The notes under the pieces were generated by a model. The model ran no database searches. It saw only the letters and a list, made by a program, of their open reading frames with translations, and had not been told where the DNA came from. The position numbers and the translations under genes were made by a program. Below are positions 20,816 through 30,640 of a stretch of DNA of 64,000 nt, in pieces (position 1 is the first letter of the stretch; each line of letters starts with the position of its first letter). Origin of the DNA: Myxococcota bacterium (lineage in GTDB: Bacteria; Myxococcota_A; UBA9042; PHBI01; JAWLBL01); NCBI GenBank assembly GCA_041687695.1, contig JAWLBL010000002.1:230761-294760 (forward strand). Reading direction: 5' to 3'.

Positions 20816-20955
20816 CTGCCGAACCCACGGCCCGGGTGTCGCGGGCGCGCGCGCCTAGGCCCGCCGATTGCCAGGGCCCGGCTGCGATCGCTACCCTGCG
20901 GCCGTTCGGGCGGCTCTCGGGGGCGAGGGCGCCCGCCGTCACGCCAGAGGGGTCC

Positions 20956-22077
20956 ATGCGCGCTCCATCTCGTCTCGTCGCGGTCACCATCCTCGCGATC
21001 CTCTCGGCTCTGGTCGGCTGTCAGGGGCCGCCGTCGGCCGCTGCGCCGGGGGCGCTCGGCTCAGGCGTGCCGCCCTTGGGCGCCGCCGGCCTCTTCGGCG
21101 ACGCGCCGGCGCTCCGCAGCGCCCTGGTCGCCGCTCCGGCCGATGAGGCCCAGGGCGATCCCGACGTGAACCGGGGGCTCGACGCCATCCTCGACGGCTG
21201 CGACGTGCGGGCCGACGTCGGCATCGTCAACGAGTGCACGGACGATCAGCTCCGGACCCTGGTCGAGCAGATCACCCTGCGCCCCGCGCCCGAGCGCGTG
21301 CGCACGTTGACCGCGGCGCTGGGGTCGCCGGGGCCGCGCCAGGCCGCCGCCGCGGTGGTATTGGCCGAGCTGTATGCCCAGGCCGCCGAGCCGCTGCTCC
21401 AGGCCCTCGACGCGCCGGCCGTCGAGCACCTGCTCGCCGCGCTCGAGGGGCAGGACACGCCGCAGGCCGTGCAGCTCGCGCCACTGACTACCCACGCGGC
21501 CCTGCTCGCGGGTGAGGACACGCGCCTGCGGGCCATGGTGCAGAACCACCCGTCGCAGCGCGCCCAGTTCGCGGCGGTGCGGCGCTGGCTGGTGGCGCGC
21601 CGGCTGACCGACTTCGCCGACGTCGCGCCGCTGTCGGCCGCCGTCGACCAGGCGCGGGCGCAGCTGGCGGTCGAGGCGGTCCTGGCCATGATCGCCGACG
21701 CGCCGCTGAGCGACGCCGAGCGCCAGACCGTGTGCCCCTGGGCGCGCCCCATCGCGACCCACCCGGGCCAGCAGGTCGCCGCGCTCGCGGGTCGGCTGCT
21801 GGTGCAGGGCTGCGTGGGCGAGGACGCCGACGCGGCGGTGGCGATGCTCCAGGACCGGCTCGAGCGCGGCGAGTTCGCCCTGCCGCTCAGCGAGCTGGCG
21901 ATCGCGCTGTGCCGCGCCGACGGGGTCAGCCCCTCGCAGGCGCTGCAGGCCCGCGCGTGCGACCTCGTCGGCCGCGTCGCCGCCGATCGCCGTGTCCACG
22001 CCAAGCTGCGCGAGCAGGCGCGGGCGGCGCTGGTCGACCTCCCGGCGCCCGCGCCGCCCGACGCGCTGACGCCCTGA
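20956..22077 (+). CDS. Hypothetical alpha-helical lipoprotein
   Basis: 3' part of ORF 20191..22077; GAGGGG RBS; MRAPSRLVAVTILAILSALVGC lipobox. Confidence 0.65.
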   Translation: MRAPSRLVAVTILAILSALVGCQGPPSAAAPGALGSGVPPLGAAGLFGDAPALRSALVAAPADEAQGDPDVNRGLDAILDGCDVRADVGIVNECTDDQLRTLVEQITLRPAPERVRTLTAALGSPGPRQAAAAVVLAELYAQAAEPLLQALDAPAVEHLLAALEGQDTPQAVQLAPLTTHAALLAGEDTRLRAMVQNHPSQRAQFAAVRRWLVARRLTDFADVAPLSAAVDQARAQLAVEAVLAMIADAPLSDAERQTVCPWARPIATHPGQQVAALAGRLLVQGCVGEDADAAVAMLQDRLERGEFALPLSELAIALCRADGVSPSQALQARACDLVGRVAADRRVHAKLREQARAALVDLPAPAPPDALTP

Positions 22078-22080
22078 GGC

Positions 22081-22467
22081 TCAGACCGGCTGCGTCCGGC
22101 CGGCCGGCGGTGGCGGCCGCGCCGCCGAGCGCGCCTTGCGGCGGGCGACCAGCCACAGGACCGTCATCGTCGGCAGCAGCTGCGTGCCCGGGATGAAGGC
22201 CTCGGTCACGGCGACCTTCTTCAGCGCGCCCAGCCCGAAGCGATCGAGCACGAACCAGGTGATGGGGCTGGCCAGCACGTCCAGGCCCATGTCCAGCAGA
22301 TCGAGGGCCACGACCAGTCCGAAGGGCACGCCCCGCAGCGTCTCCCACAGGTCGCCGTCCTCGGGCGCGCGGACGCGCCTGAGCTTGCGCCGGACCAACC
22401 ACAGACCGATGAGCCCCGCCACGGCGAAGGCCGCGGCGAGCACGCCGAGCACTACGAGCCACTCCAT
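22081..22467 (-). CDS. Small hypothetical membrane protein
   Basis: MEWLVVLGVLAAAFAV N-terminal TM plus further hydrophobic segments; follows murI on the same strand. Confidence 0.6.
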   Translation of the reverse strand: MEWLVVLGVLAAAFAVAGLIGLWLVRRKLRRVRAPEDGDLWETLRGVPFGLVVALDLLDMGLDVLASPITWFVLDRFGLGALKKVAVTEAFIPGTQLLPTMTVLWLVARRKARSAARPPPPAGRTQPV

Positions 22468-22521
22468 GGCGTCCAGAGTAGCCACGGTCGGGCGCGGAAC
22501 CACTCGGGGTTGAAGCAAGAG

Positions 22522-23331
22522 CTAGAGATCGACCAGGCCGACCGTCGACAGGTCGCCGCCGTAGAAGGTCGCGCCCACCCGCTGGAAGCGCTCGACCGCG
22601 TCGGTGCAGAAGAAGGTCCGGCGGCCGGCCCGCTCGGGCGCCAGCAGCTCGCGCTCGGTCAGCAGGGCCTCGAGCTCGGTGGTCACCGCCTCGGCGGAGT
22701 CGACCAGGGCGACGTCCTCGCGGCCGAAGGTGGTCCGCAGGACGTCGGCGACCAGGGGCTTGAAGGCCGGGTAGTGGGTGCAGCCCAGGACCAGGGTGTC
22801 GACCTCTTCGGCGACGAAGGGCGCGAGATAGGTCTCGAGGGTCAGCCGGGCGACCGGGTGGTCGGTCCAGCCCTCCTCGGCCAGCGGCACCAGCAGGGGC
22901 CAGGGGTGCGCGGTCAGCGCGGCTTCGGGCAGCAGCGCCGTGATGGCGGCCTGGTAGCAGCCCGAGCGGACGGTGCCCTCGGTGCCGGCGATGCCGATGC
23001 GGCCGCTGCGGGTGGCGGCGGCGGCGGCGCGGGCCCCCGGCTCGATGACGCCGAGGACGGGGACGTCGGTGGCGGCGCGCAGCTGCGGGATGGCGTAGGC
23101 CGAGGCGGTGTTGCAGGCCACGACCAGCGCCTTGATGGGGTACTTGAGGAGCATCCCGGCGGCGCGCTCGGCGTAGCGGGCCACGGTGGCGGGCGAGCGG
23201 GTGCCGTAGGGCAGGCGGGCCGTGTCGCCGAGGTAGATGAGATCCTCGTTGGGCATGCGGCGGGCAATCTCGCTGGCGACCGTGAGGCCGCCGATGCCCG
23301 AGTCGAAGACGCCGATGGCCGCGCGATACAT
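22522..23331 (-). CDS. murI: Glutamate racemase
   Basis: IGVFDSGIGGLTV, PYG, VVACNTAS, LGCTHYP. Confidence 0.96.
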   Translation of the reverse strand: MYRAAIGVFDSGIGGLTVASEIARRMPNEDLIYLGDTARLPYGTRSPATVARYAERAAGMLLKYPIKALVVACNTASAYAIPQLRAATDVPVLGVIEPGARAAAAATRSGRIGIAGTEGTVRSGCYQAAITALLPEAALTAHPWPLLVPLAEEGWTDHPVARLTLETYLAPFVAEEVDTLVLGCTHYPAFKPLVADVLRTTFGREDVALVDSAEAVTTELEALLTERELLAPERAGRRTFFCTDAVERFQRVGATFYGGDLSTVGLVDL

Positions 23332-23354
23332 GCAGGCTCCACGAGGTCCGCGGG

Positions 23355-24077
23355 TCAGCCGCCCAGGAAGTCTCGGGCGTTCCACCGAACGCCGTTGTGG
23401 TCGGCGCCGCGGGCCGCCGCCAACAGGACGAAGGGCTCGGTGATGTCGTCGGGGGAGGGCAGGGTGGCCGGGTCCTCGCCCGGGACGGCCTCGGCGCGCA
23501 TGTCGGTGCGCGTGCCGCCCGGGTTGATGACGGCGCAGGCGACGCCGGAGCCCTCGAGGTCGGCGGCCAGGGTCTGGCTGAGGCCCTCGACGGCGAACTT
23601 GGTGACGGAGTAGGCGCCCCAGCCGGCGCGGCCGGCCACGCCGACGCTGGAGGAGACGTTGATCACAACCCCGCGGCCGCGCTGGCGCATCCCGGGCACC
23701 AGCAGGCGCACCAGATCGAAGCCGGCGGTGACGTTGACGGCCAGCGCCTGCTCGAAGGCCTCGAGCGGGCACTCCCACACCGGCCCCAGCGGCCCCAGCA
23801 CGCCGGCGTTGTTCACCAACACGTCGACCGGACCGGCCGCCCGGGCCAGCGCGGCGCGCGCGTCGGCCGAGGTCAGCTCGGCCGCGTGCACCGTGGCCTG
23901 CCCGCCGGCCGCCTCGATGGCGTCGGCCACGGCGCGCAGCCCGGCTTCGTCGCGCGCGGTCAGGACGACCCGCGCTCCCTCGCGCGCGAACGCCCGCGCC
24001 ACGGCCGCGCCGATGCCCCGGCTCGCCCCGGTCACCAGCGCGCTCAGCCCCTCGAGGCGTGGCTCGGCGGCGCTCAC
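23355..24077 (-). CDS. Short-chain dehydrogenase/reductase (YciK-like)
   Basis: GTG overlapping upstream TGA; TGASRGIG, NNAG, SSSVG, WGAYSVTK, NPGGTRTDMR. Confidence 0.9.
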   Translation of the reverse strand: MSAAEPRLEGLSALVTGASRGIGAAVARAFAREGARVVLTARDEAGLRAVADAIEAAGGQATVHAAELTSADARAALARAAGPVDVLVNNAGVLGPLGPVWECPLEAFEQALAVNVTAGFDLVRLLVPGMRQRGRGVVINVSSSVGVAGRAGWGAYSVTKFAVEGLSQTLAADLEGSGVACAVINPGGTRTDMRAEAVPGEDPATLPSPDDITEPFVLLAAARGADHNGVRWNARDFLGG

Positions 24078-25273
24078 GGCGCGCGCCCCAGCAGGCCGTC
24101 GACCATCGCCTCCAGGTGCGTCACCGGGCGTGCCCCCTCGACCTTGCGGCCGTTGACGAAGAAGGTAGGCGTCGCGCGGACGCCCGCCTCGGCCCCGGCG
24201 ACGATGTCCGCCACCACGGCGTCGCGGGGCTCGCCCGTCTCGACGCAGCTCACGAAGCGGTCGGCGTCGATGCCCAGGTCGCCGGCCTTGCGGCGCAGCA
24301 CCTCGCGGGACAGGTCGGGCTCGCTGCCGGCGCCGACGTCGAAGGCCCACTCGGCGGCGGCGGCGAACTGGCCCTGGCGGTGGGCGCACTCGGCGATGAA
24401 GGCCAGCCGGCAGGCCGCGCCGTGGAAGGCGCGGTCCATGATGGGGCTGCAGGCGTTGTCGAGCGGGAAGTGCATCAGCGTCACGCGGACGTCCTCGGGG
24501 CGTGCCTCGAGCAGATCGTGCAGGGACTCGAACAGCGTGCGGCAGTGGGGGCACTGGAAGTCGGCGAACTCGACGATGTGCACGGGGGCGTCGGGGCGGC
24601 CCAGGGTCGGGCGGCCGGTGGTCGACAGCGCGACGGTGGGCAGCTCGCCGACGAGGCGCGCCTCGGCGACCAGGGCCTTGTCGCGGGCGGCGCGGGACTC
24701 GGCCACCGGCCCGGCGTAGACGATGTAGCTGCCGACCAGGGCGGCCAGGAAGACCATGGCGGCGGTGACGCCCGCGCGGGAGACGACGGCCGGGCCGAGC
24801 TTGGAGACGGCCTCGCGGGCGCCGCCGGGCAGGCTGAGGAGGCCGACGACGAGGATCCCGACGTTCACGGCGTACAGGACGACGCAGTAGGGGCAGAACT
24901 GGCCCTGCTGCACCAGCGAGACGCCGGCCAGAAAGGCCGAGTAGACGACCGACAGGATGCCGATGAGGACGTGCAGCCGGGCCGCGTCCACGTTGTCGAT
25001 GCGGCGCAGGCGCAGGATGGCCAGGCCGATGACGGCGGCGTAGCAGGCCAGGCCGAGCAGCGAGATGGGCAGCCTGGGCCGGCCGCCCGGCACCGGGACG
25101 CTGCTGTAGCGCGAGGTGCGGCTGATCTCGCAGCCGGAGCCCTCGGCGCACACGCCCGCCTGGCCGGCGGGGTCCAGCAGCCAGGCCTGGTGGTCGTAGG
25201 TCAGCACGCCGCTGTCGACCAGGCCGACGAGGCCAAGGACGGCGATGAGGATGGCGGCGACCTTCGGCTTCAT
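24074..25273 (-). CDS. Vitamin K epoxide reductase (VKOR)-DsbA/thioredoxin fusion
   Basis: VKOR loop cysteines (VCAEGSGC) and CPYC in TM region; EFADFQCPHC and ATPTFFVNG in C-terminal domain. Confidence 0.9.
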   Translation of the reverse strand: MKPKVAAILIAVLGLVGLVDSGVLTYDHQAWLLDPAGQAGVCAEGSGCEISRTSRYSSVPVPGGRPRLPISLLGLACYAAVIGLAILRLRRIDNVDAARLHVLIGILSVVYSAFLAGVSLVQQGQFCPYCVVLYAVNVGILVVGLLSLPGGAREAVSKLGPAVVSRAGVTAAMVFLAALVGSYIVYAGPVAESRAARDKALVAEARLVGELPTVALSTTGRPTLGRPDAPVHIVEFADFQCPHCRTLFESLHDLLEARPEDVRVTLMHFPLDNACSPIMDRAFHGAACRLAFIAECAHRQGQFAAAAEWAFDVGAGSEPDLSREVLRRKAGDLGIDADRFVSCVETGEPRDAVVADIVAGAEAGVRATPTFFVNGRKVEGARPVTHLEAMVDGLLGRAP

Positions 25274-25293
25274 GGCGGCGTCCCCGGTCTGGA

Positions 25294-25770
25294 TCAGTAG
25301 CTGCGCTCGCTGGGAGGCGTCGGGGGCGCGGCGCCGGCGCCCTTCAAGCTGCGCAGATAGGCGACGACGTCCCGGATCTGGGCTTCGGTCAGGTTCTGCG
25401 GCGGCATGGCGGGCGGGCGGCCCTGGGCGATGACGGCGGCGATGTCGGCGTCGCGCATCCGGGCGTGCCAGGCGGGGCTCTCGAAGTCGATGCCGGCCGT
25501 CCCGGGCAGGGCCTGGCCGGTGGTCCCGTGGCAGGCGACGCAGCGCGCCTCGTACAGGCGCTGCCCGGCCGCGACGTCGCCGAGGTCGGCGCGGACGCCG
25601 GTCCGGAACATCTCTTCGGGGCAGGCCCCCTCGGGCACGCAGCGCGACACGGGCTCGGAGCCCACCGAGCCGCGGTCGCAGCCGACCAGCGCCAGCAGGC
25701 AGAGCGCGAGGGCGACCCCGCGCACGCGGCGCGGACGCGACAGGACGGCGGTCGGTGATGGTGGGTTCAC
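25294..25770 (-). CDS. Monoheme c-type cytochrome lipoprotein
   Basis: Lipobox LVGC, CVACH, AMPP distal Met, VVAYLRSL; start codon uncertain. Confidence 0.8.
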   Translation of the reverse strand: MNPPSPTAVLSRPRRVRGVALALCLLALVGCDRGSVGSEPVSRCVPEGACPEEMFRTGVRADLGDVAAGQRLYEARCVACHGTTGQALPGTAGIDFESPAWHARMRDADIAAVIAQGRPPAMPPQNLTEAQIRDVVAYLRSLKGAGAAPPTPPSERSY

Positions 25771-25871
25771 GAGGGGCCGACTAGCACGCGTCCGGGTGTC
25801 CAGCAAGGAAGACGCGCGCGCCGCGACGGGAACGTGGACCGCCGTCGCCACGCCGCGCTACCTTCGCCGCC

Positions 25872-26732
25872 GTGTCCGACGCCCTGCCCGCCGCCCTGCC
25901 CATACAGGCGCTCTCCTTCGTGGCCCTCGACCTCGAGACCACCGGCATCGCGCCCGGCTTCGACCGGGTGGTCGAGGTCGCGGCCGTGCGCTTCCGCCTC
26001 GGCGCCGACCTCGCCGTGCGGCCGGGCCCCGTCTTCCACGCCTTCGTGGACCCGGGCCGCCCCCTCCCCGAGGTGACCCGCCGCCTCACCGGCCTGACCG
26101 ACGCCGAGCTGGCCGACGCGCCGACCATGGCCGCCCTGTGGCCCGATCTCGCCGGCTTCCTCGCCGGGGGCGACGGCCCGACCGCGCTCGTCGCCCACAA
26201 CGGCAAGGTCGACCTGGCCTTCCTGGTGGCCGAGGCGCACCGCGCCGAAATCCCCTTCGCGCCGCCGACCACCTTCTGCACCCTGCAGCTTGCCCGCCAG
26301 GCCCTGCCCGGCGCCCCGCGCTACCGCCTCTCGGACCTGGTCCGCTGGCTCGGCCTCGCCGGCGACGGCGCCGCCTTCCACCGCGCCCGCCCCGACGCCC
26401 TGCACGCCCGCAACCTCTTCGCCCGCTGCGTCGGCGCCCTCGGCGCCCGCACCACGGCCGATCTCCGCAGCGGCGGCCCCCTCGCCCCGCCGACCCCCGC
26501 CGACTTCCAGGTCCACGTCCCCGATCATCTGGTGCCGCTCGAGCGCCGCATGCTCGAGGCCCTGCCCGTCGAGATCACCTACCGCGGCGGCAGCAAGGGC
26601 ACCTCGGCCCGCCCTGTTACGCCCCTTTGCTTCTACCGCTCCGAGGGCGTGCTCTACCTTCGGGCCTGGTGCCACCTCGACGACGAGGCGAAGTCCTTTC
26701 GCTGCGATCGCATCCGCACCATCCGCGCCTGA
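25872..26732 (+). CDS. DEDDh (DnaQ-like) 3'-5' exonuclease fused to a WYL domain
   Basis: DLETTG, AHNGKVD, HRARPDA exonuclease motifs; EITY...RPVTP...LYLRAWCHL...SFRCDRI WYL signature. Confidence 0.88.
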   Translation: MSDALPAALPIQALSFVALDLETTGIAPGFDRVVEVAAVRFRLGADLAVRPGPVFHAFVDPGRPLPEVTRRLTGLTDAELADAPTMAALWPDLAGFLAGGDGPTALVAHNGKVDLAFLVAEAHRAEIPFAPPTTFCTLQLARQALPGAPRYRLSDLVRWLGLAGDGAAFHRARPDALHARNLFARCVGALGARTTADLRSGGPLAPPTPADFQVHVPDHLVPLERRMLEALPVEITYRGGSKGTSARPVTPLCFYRSEGVLYLRAWCHLDDEAKSFRCDRIRTIRA

Positions 26733-26762
26733 CCGCCTCTCGCCCCCCCAAGGCCCCCGCCC

Positions 26763-27215
26763 ATGAAGACACGACGCCACCAGGCCATCGTGCAGCTCGT
26801 GCGCGCCCAGACCATCGCCGACGCCCCGGAGCTCGCCCGGCGCCTCGCCGCGCAGGGCTTCGAGGTGCACCCGGGCATGCTCGAGCGCGATCTGCGCCTG
26901 CTCGGCGTGGTCGCCGAGCACACCGCCGACGGCGGCACCCGCCTGCGCCAGTCCGTCGACCCCGCCGATCTCGCCACCGCCCTCGACAACCTGCGGCAGT
27001 TCCTGGTCGAGATCACGCCCAGCCACAACCTGCTCGTGGTCCGGACCCGCATCGGCGGCGCCCAGCCGGTCGCCGTCGCCCTCGAGCACCTGCAGGTCCC
27101 CGGCCTGCTCGGCAGCGTCGCCGGCGACGACACCGTCCTGTCGGCCGTCGCCGAGACGACCAGCGCCCGCGCCGTGATGGACGAGATCTGGGCCATGGTC
27201 GCCACGTCGGGCTGA
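26763..27215 (+). CDS. argR: Arginine repressor family regulator (divergent DNA-binding domain)
   Basis: RHQAI...LAAQGFEV...RDL winged helix; NLLVVRT, AQPVA, GSVAGDDT arginine-binding domain; near argG. Confidence 0.82.
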   Translation: MKTRRHQAIVQLVRAQTIADAPELARRLAAQGFEVHPGMLERDLRLLGVVAEHTADGGTRLRQSVDPADLATALDNLRQFLVEITPSHNLLVVRTRIGGAQPVAVALEHLQVPGLLGSVAGDDTVLSAVAETTSARAVMDEIWAMVATSG

Positions 27216-27281
27216 GGTTCTGGCCATCCTCGACGGCCCTCGATAAGCTCGCGCGACCGTCCGAGCCGACCCGAGGCCGCC

Positions 27282-27968
27282 ATGCACTCGCCCGCCATCG
27301 TCGCCGCGCCGCTGCCCGACGCGGTGCCCCTGTTCCCGCTGCCCAACCACGTCCTGCTGCCCGGCGTGCCGACGCCCTTCCGCGTCTTCGAGCCACGCTA
27401 CCGCGAGCTGGTCGGCGATCTGCTGGCCCTGCCCGAGGAGCACCGCTGGCTGGCCGTGCCGTGCCTGGCGCAGGGCTGGGAGTCCGACTACCAGGGCAAC
27501 CCGCCCATCCATCGCGTGGCCGTGGCGGCGCGCATCCTCCACAGCTCCGAGCTGACCGAGGGCCAGTACTTCATCGCCGTCATGGGTGAGGAGCGCTGCC
27601 TGCTGACCGAGGTCGCCAGCGATCGCCTGTACCGCCGCGCGACGCTCGAGCCGCTGCCGGACGTCCCCGAGCGGCCGGACGAGGTCGAGCGCGCCCTCGA
27701 CCACCTACGCGCGGCGGCCGTCGTGCTCTTCGCGCGCCTGCCCGACATCCCCTGGAACGTGCGCCTGCTCGTCGAGCGCCCCGCGGGTCCCGAGGCCCTC
27801 GTCTACCGGCTCGGGGCCCTCATCCTGCCCGACGCGCCCGACCGCCAGCGCCTCATCGAGGAGCGCAGCGTCCTCGCCCGGGTCGAGATCCTGCTCGCGC
27901 GCATCGGCGAGCTGCTCGTCGCCGGCGGCCTGTCGGGCGTCGACGGCAACGCCGCGCCCAAGGCTTGA
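27282..27968 (+). CDS. LON peptidase N-terminal substrate-binding domain protein
   Basis: PLFPLPNHVLLPG...VFEPRYREL, RQRLIEE...RVEIL. Confidence 0.85.
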   Translation: MHSPAIVAAPLPDAVPLFPLPNHVLLPGVPTPFRVFEPRYRELVGDLLALPEEHRWLAVPCLAQGWESDYQGNPPIHRVAVAARILHSSELTEGQYFIAVMGEERCLLTEVASDRLYRRATLEPLPDVPERPDEVERALDHLRAAAVVLFARLPDIPWNVRLLVERPAGPEALVYRLGALILPDAPDRQRLIEERSVLARVEILLARIGELLVAGGLSGVDGNAAPKA

Positions 27969-28104
27969 CAGCGCCCCGCGTTCGTCCCCTCGGGCGCCCG
28001 CACTCCAATGATCTCGCTTGCATTTTCGGCAGGCCGCGCGCATGTACGCGCGGACACTGTCGCCCACGCCGGTCTCCGGCAGAACAGATGAGGGACACGC
28101 TGAA

Positions 28105-29322
28105 TTGAACGCGCCGAGATCATTCGACAAGGTTGTGCTCGCCTACTCGGGCGGCCTCGACACCTCCGTCATGCTCACCTGGCTCAAGGAGACGTATGAC
28201 TGCGAGGTCATCTGCTACACGGCCGACGTCGGCCAGGAAGAGGAGCTCGACGGCCTCGAGGACAAGGCGAAGCGCACCGGCGCGTCGGCCGCGGTCATCG
28301 AGGACCTGACCGAGGAGTTCGCGCGCGACTTCGTGTTCCCGGCCCTGCAGGCGAACGCGGTGTACGAGGGCATCTACCTGATGGGCACCTCGCTGGCGCG
28401 TCCGCTCATCGGCCGGCGCCTGGCCGAGGTCGCCGCCGAGCACGGCGCCGACGCGGTCGCCCACGGCGCGACCGGCAAGGGCAACGATCAGATCCGCTTC
28501 GAGCTGGCCAGCTACTCGGTCAACCCGCACATCCGCGTCATCGCGCCCTGGCGGTACTGGGAGTTCAAGGGCCGCTCGGACCTCATCGCCTACGCCCGCG
28601 ACAAGGGCATCCCGGTGCTGTCGACCGTCGAGAAGCCCTTCTCGATCGACCGCAACCTGATGCACGTCTCCTTCGAGGGCGGCGTCCTCGAGGATCCGTG
28701 GGCCGAGCCCCCGCGGGACACGTTCCTCCTCACCAAGCCGGTCCAGGAGACCCCGGACGAGGCCGAGGAGATCACCATCGACTTCGAGAAGGGCCGCCCC
28801 ATCGCCGTCAACGGCGAGGCGCTGAGCCCGGCCAACCTCATCCGCAAGCTCAACAAGCTGGGTGGGCGCCACGGCATCGGCCGCGTCGATCTGGTCGAGA
28901 ACCGCTACGTCGGCATCAAGTCGCGCGGCGTGTACGAGACCCCCGGCGTCAGCATCCTGCACGTCGCCCACCGCGCCATCGAGTCGCTGACCATGGACCG
29001 CGAGGTCATGCTGTTCCGCGACCAGCTGATGCCGCGCTACGCCGCGCTGATGTACCGCGGCTACTGGTTCAGCCCCGAGTGCGCGCTGATGCGCAAGATC
29101 ATCGAGGAGACCCAGGAGCCCGTGAACGGCACGGCGCGCATCCGCCTGTACAAGGGCAACGCGACGCTGGTCGGCCGCAAGTCCCCGAACTCCCTCTACT
29201 CGTACTCGTTCGCCACGTTCGAGCACGACACGGTCTACGACCAGAAGGACGCCGAGGGCTTCATCCGCATCAACGCGCTGCGCCTGCGCCTGCGGTCGCT
29301 CAAGGAGGGCGGCCTCGACTGA
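28105..29322 (+). CDS. argG: Argininosuccinate synthase
   Basis: [45 protein letters not shown] start at 28105 is tentative. Confidence 0.97.
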   Translation: MNAPRSFDKVVLAYSGGLDTSVMLTWLKETYDCEVICYTADVGQEEELDGLEDKAKRTGASAAVIEDLTEEFARDFVFPALQANAVYEGIYLMGTSLARPLIGRRLAEVAAEHGADAVAHGATGKGNDQIRFELASYSVNPHIRVIAPWRYWEFKGRSDLIAYARDKGIPVLSTVEKPFSIDRNLMHVSFEGGVLEDPWAEPPRDTFLLTKPVQETPDEAEEITIDFEKGRPIAVNGEALSPANLIRKLNKLGGRHGIGRVDLVENRYVGIKSRGVYETPGVSILHVAHRAIESLTMDREVMLFRDQLMPRYAALMYRGYWFSPECALMRKIIEETQEPVNGTARIRLYKGNATLVGRKSPNSLYSYSFATFEHDTVYDQKDAEGFIRINALRLRLRSLKEGGLD

Positions 29323-29350
29323 GTCGAGCCGTCGTCCCCGTGTCCCTGCG

Positions 29351-29390
29351 AAGGCCCGGTCGGTTCGTCCGCCCGGGCCTTTGCGCTTTC
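29351..29390 (+). terminator. Putative intrinsic terminator between convergent argG and Uma2 genes
   Basis: AAGGCCCGG-t-CGG-ttcgt-CCG-c-CCGGGCCTT stem followed by TGCGCTTT. Confidence 0.6.
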
Positions 29391-29991
29391 AAGCGTGCTC
29401 GCGCAGCCAGGCCCGCCAGGCCTTGACCGCCTGGGTCTGGCCCGGCACGTCCAGGAAGGTCACCAGCGCCGACAGGTCCAGCCCGGGCATCAGCCCGCTG
29501 CGCTCGCGCGCCTCGTAGGCGTCGCCGACCAGCGCCCACACCTCGATGCGGCCGTCTCGCCACATCCAGACCTCGCGCACGCCCAGGCCGGCGTAGACCT
29601 CGAGCTTGTCCAAGCCTCCGCTGGTCCAAACGACCTCGATGGCCAGATCGGGTCTGTCGCCGGGCGGCCGTCCGAGCACGTAGCACTCGTCGGGCTCGAC
29701 CCCGCGCCGGGTGTCGCGCCGCTTGATGGTCCAGGACCCGTAGCCGTCCAGCGGCAGGTCGCGCTCTTCGGCGTAGGCCTCGACCAGGCGGGCGATCAGC
29801 GTCTTGAGGCGCTCGTGGTCGTTCGAGGGGCTCATCAGCTCGAGCACTCCGTCGAGGTAGGTCAGGCGCACGCCCGAACGCTCGCCGCGGATGGCGCAGA
29901 TCGTCTCGTACTCGTCCCAGGTCACGCGCATGAAGACGCGCTGATCCTCGGAGCGGGGCTGGGGGAGCAGCGGCGGTGAGGTGACCTGCAT
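29389..29991 (-). CDS. Uma2 family (DUF820) endonuclease-like protein
   Basis: LELMSPSNDHE, VEPDECY, PDLAIEV, KLEVYAGLGVREVW. Confidence 0.92.
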   Translation of the reverse strand: MQVTSPPLLPQPRSEDQRVFMRVTWDEYETICAIRGERSGVRLTYLDGVLELMSPSNDHERLKTLIARLVEAYAEERDLPLDGYGSWTIKRRDTRRGVEPDECYVLGRPPGDRPDLAIEVVWTSGGLDKLEVYAGLGVREVWMWRDGRIEVWALVGDAYEARERSGLMPGLDLSALVTFLDVPGQTQAVKAWRAWLREHA

Positions 29992-30046
29992 GAGGGAAGT
30001 CTAGCCGCACCAGCGCGAAAGACCATCCTGCCCCGTCACGCAGTCG

Positions 30047-30077
30047 TTGACATGCTAATGAAAGTCATTTTCAATAC
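30047..30077 (+). promoter_or_regulatory. Sigma70-like promoter overlapped by a Fur-family box
   Basis: TTGACA at 30047-52, then AATGAAAGTCATTTTCAAT (30057-75), a 7-1-7 imperfect palindrome close to TGATAAT-N-ATTATCA, in an otherwise very GC-rich region. Confidence 0.7.
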
Positions 30078-30139
30078 GGCTCACGGACTCGCCGCACGGC
30101 GCCGCCCACCGCGCCCATGGCGCCGCAACGGAGCACCCC

Positions 30140-30604
30140 ATGAGCATCACCGCCCCCTTCGCCCGCCTGCTGACCCCGGACCTCGTGCCGACCGCCTGGG
30201 AGCACGACGATCTCCCGGCCCTGCACGACCCGTCGGCGCGCCAGCTCCTGGGCCAGACCGGGCCCTGGGAGATCCGAGGCCTCACCGAGGGCGACCCCGG
30301 CTTCGAGGACGCCGCCGCCCGCGGCTGGCTGCACCTGCAGCTGTGGTACCCGCTGCGGGGCCTGTCCGTGCTGACGCCCAGCCTGCTGACCCGCGTCCGC
30401 TTCCAGTCCGCCGACACCGCCGGCGCCGTCCACGAGTGGGACAGCGTCGAGGATCTGGCCTGGGATCTGCCGCGCGTCCTCGGCGCGCCGCTGCCCAACC
30501 TGTGCCTCGTCCGCTCCCTCAACCGCTGGATGGTCGACCGCCCCGAGGCCGAGGTCCGCGAGCGGCTGCTCGCCGCGGGCGACCCCCGCGTCATCCCTCA
30601 CTGA
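30140..30604 (+). CDS. Hypothetical protein (154 aa)
   Basis: GGAG RBS, typical codon bias, directly after the Fur-like promoter; family not recognised. Confidence 0.6.
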   Translation: MSITAPFARLLTPDLVPTAWEHDDLPALHDPSARQLLGQTGPWEIRGLTEGDPGFEDAAARGWLHLQLWYPLRGLSVLTPSLLTRVRFQSADTAGAVHEWDSVEDLAWDLPRVLGAPLPNLCLVRSLNRWMVDRPEAEVRERLLAAGDPRVIPH

Positions 30605-30640
30605 TCGTCAACCCCCACCCCATTCCAAAGGAACCCCCCG

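Noticed and set aside
23355..25151. 598-aa SDR with long N-terminal extension (likewise the extended murI, matrixin and 13869-start vWA ORFs)
   Set aside because: Extensions overlap real upstream genes in another frame; internal starts give normal proteins.
28007..28024. ARG box upstream of argG (AATGATCTCGCTTGCATT)
   Set aside because: Only the ends match, the centre is GC-rich and there is no tandem second box; too weak to call.
29389..29991. Uma2 gene as a restriction or defence system
   Set aside because: Solo Uma2 genes are common; no methyltransferase or defence partner is adjacent.
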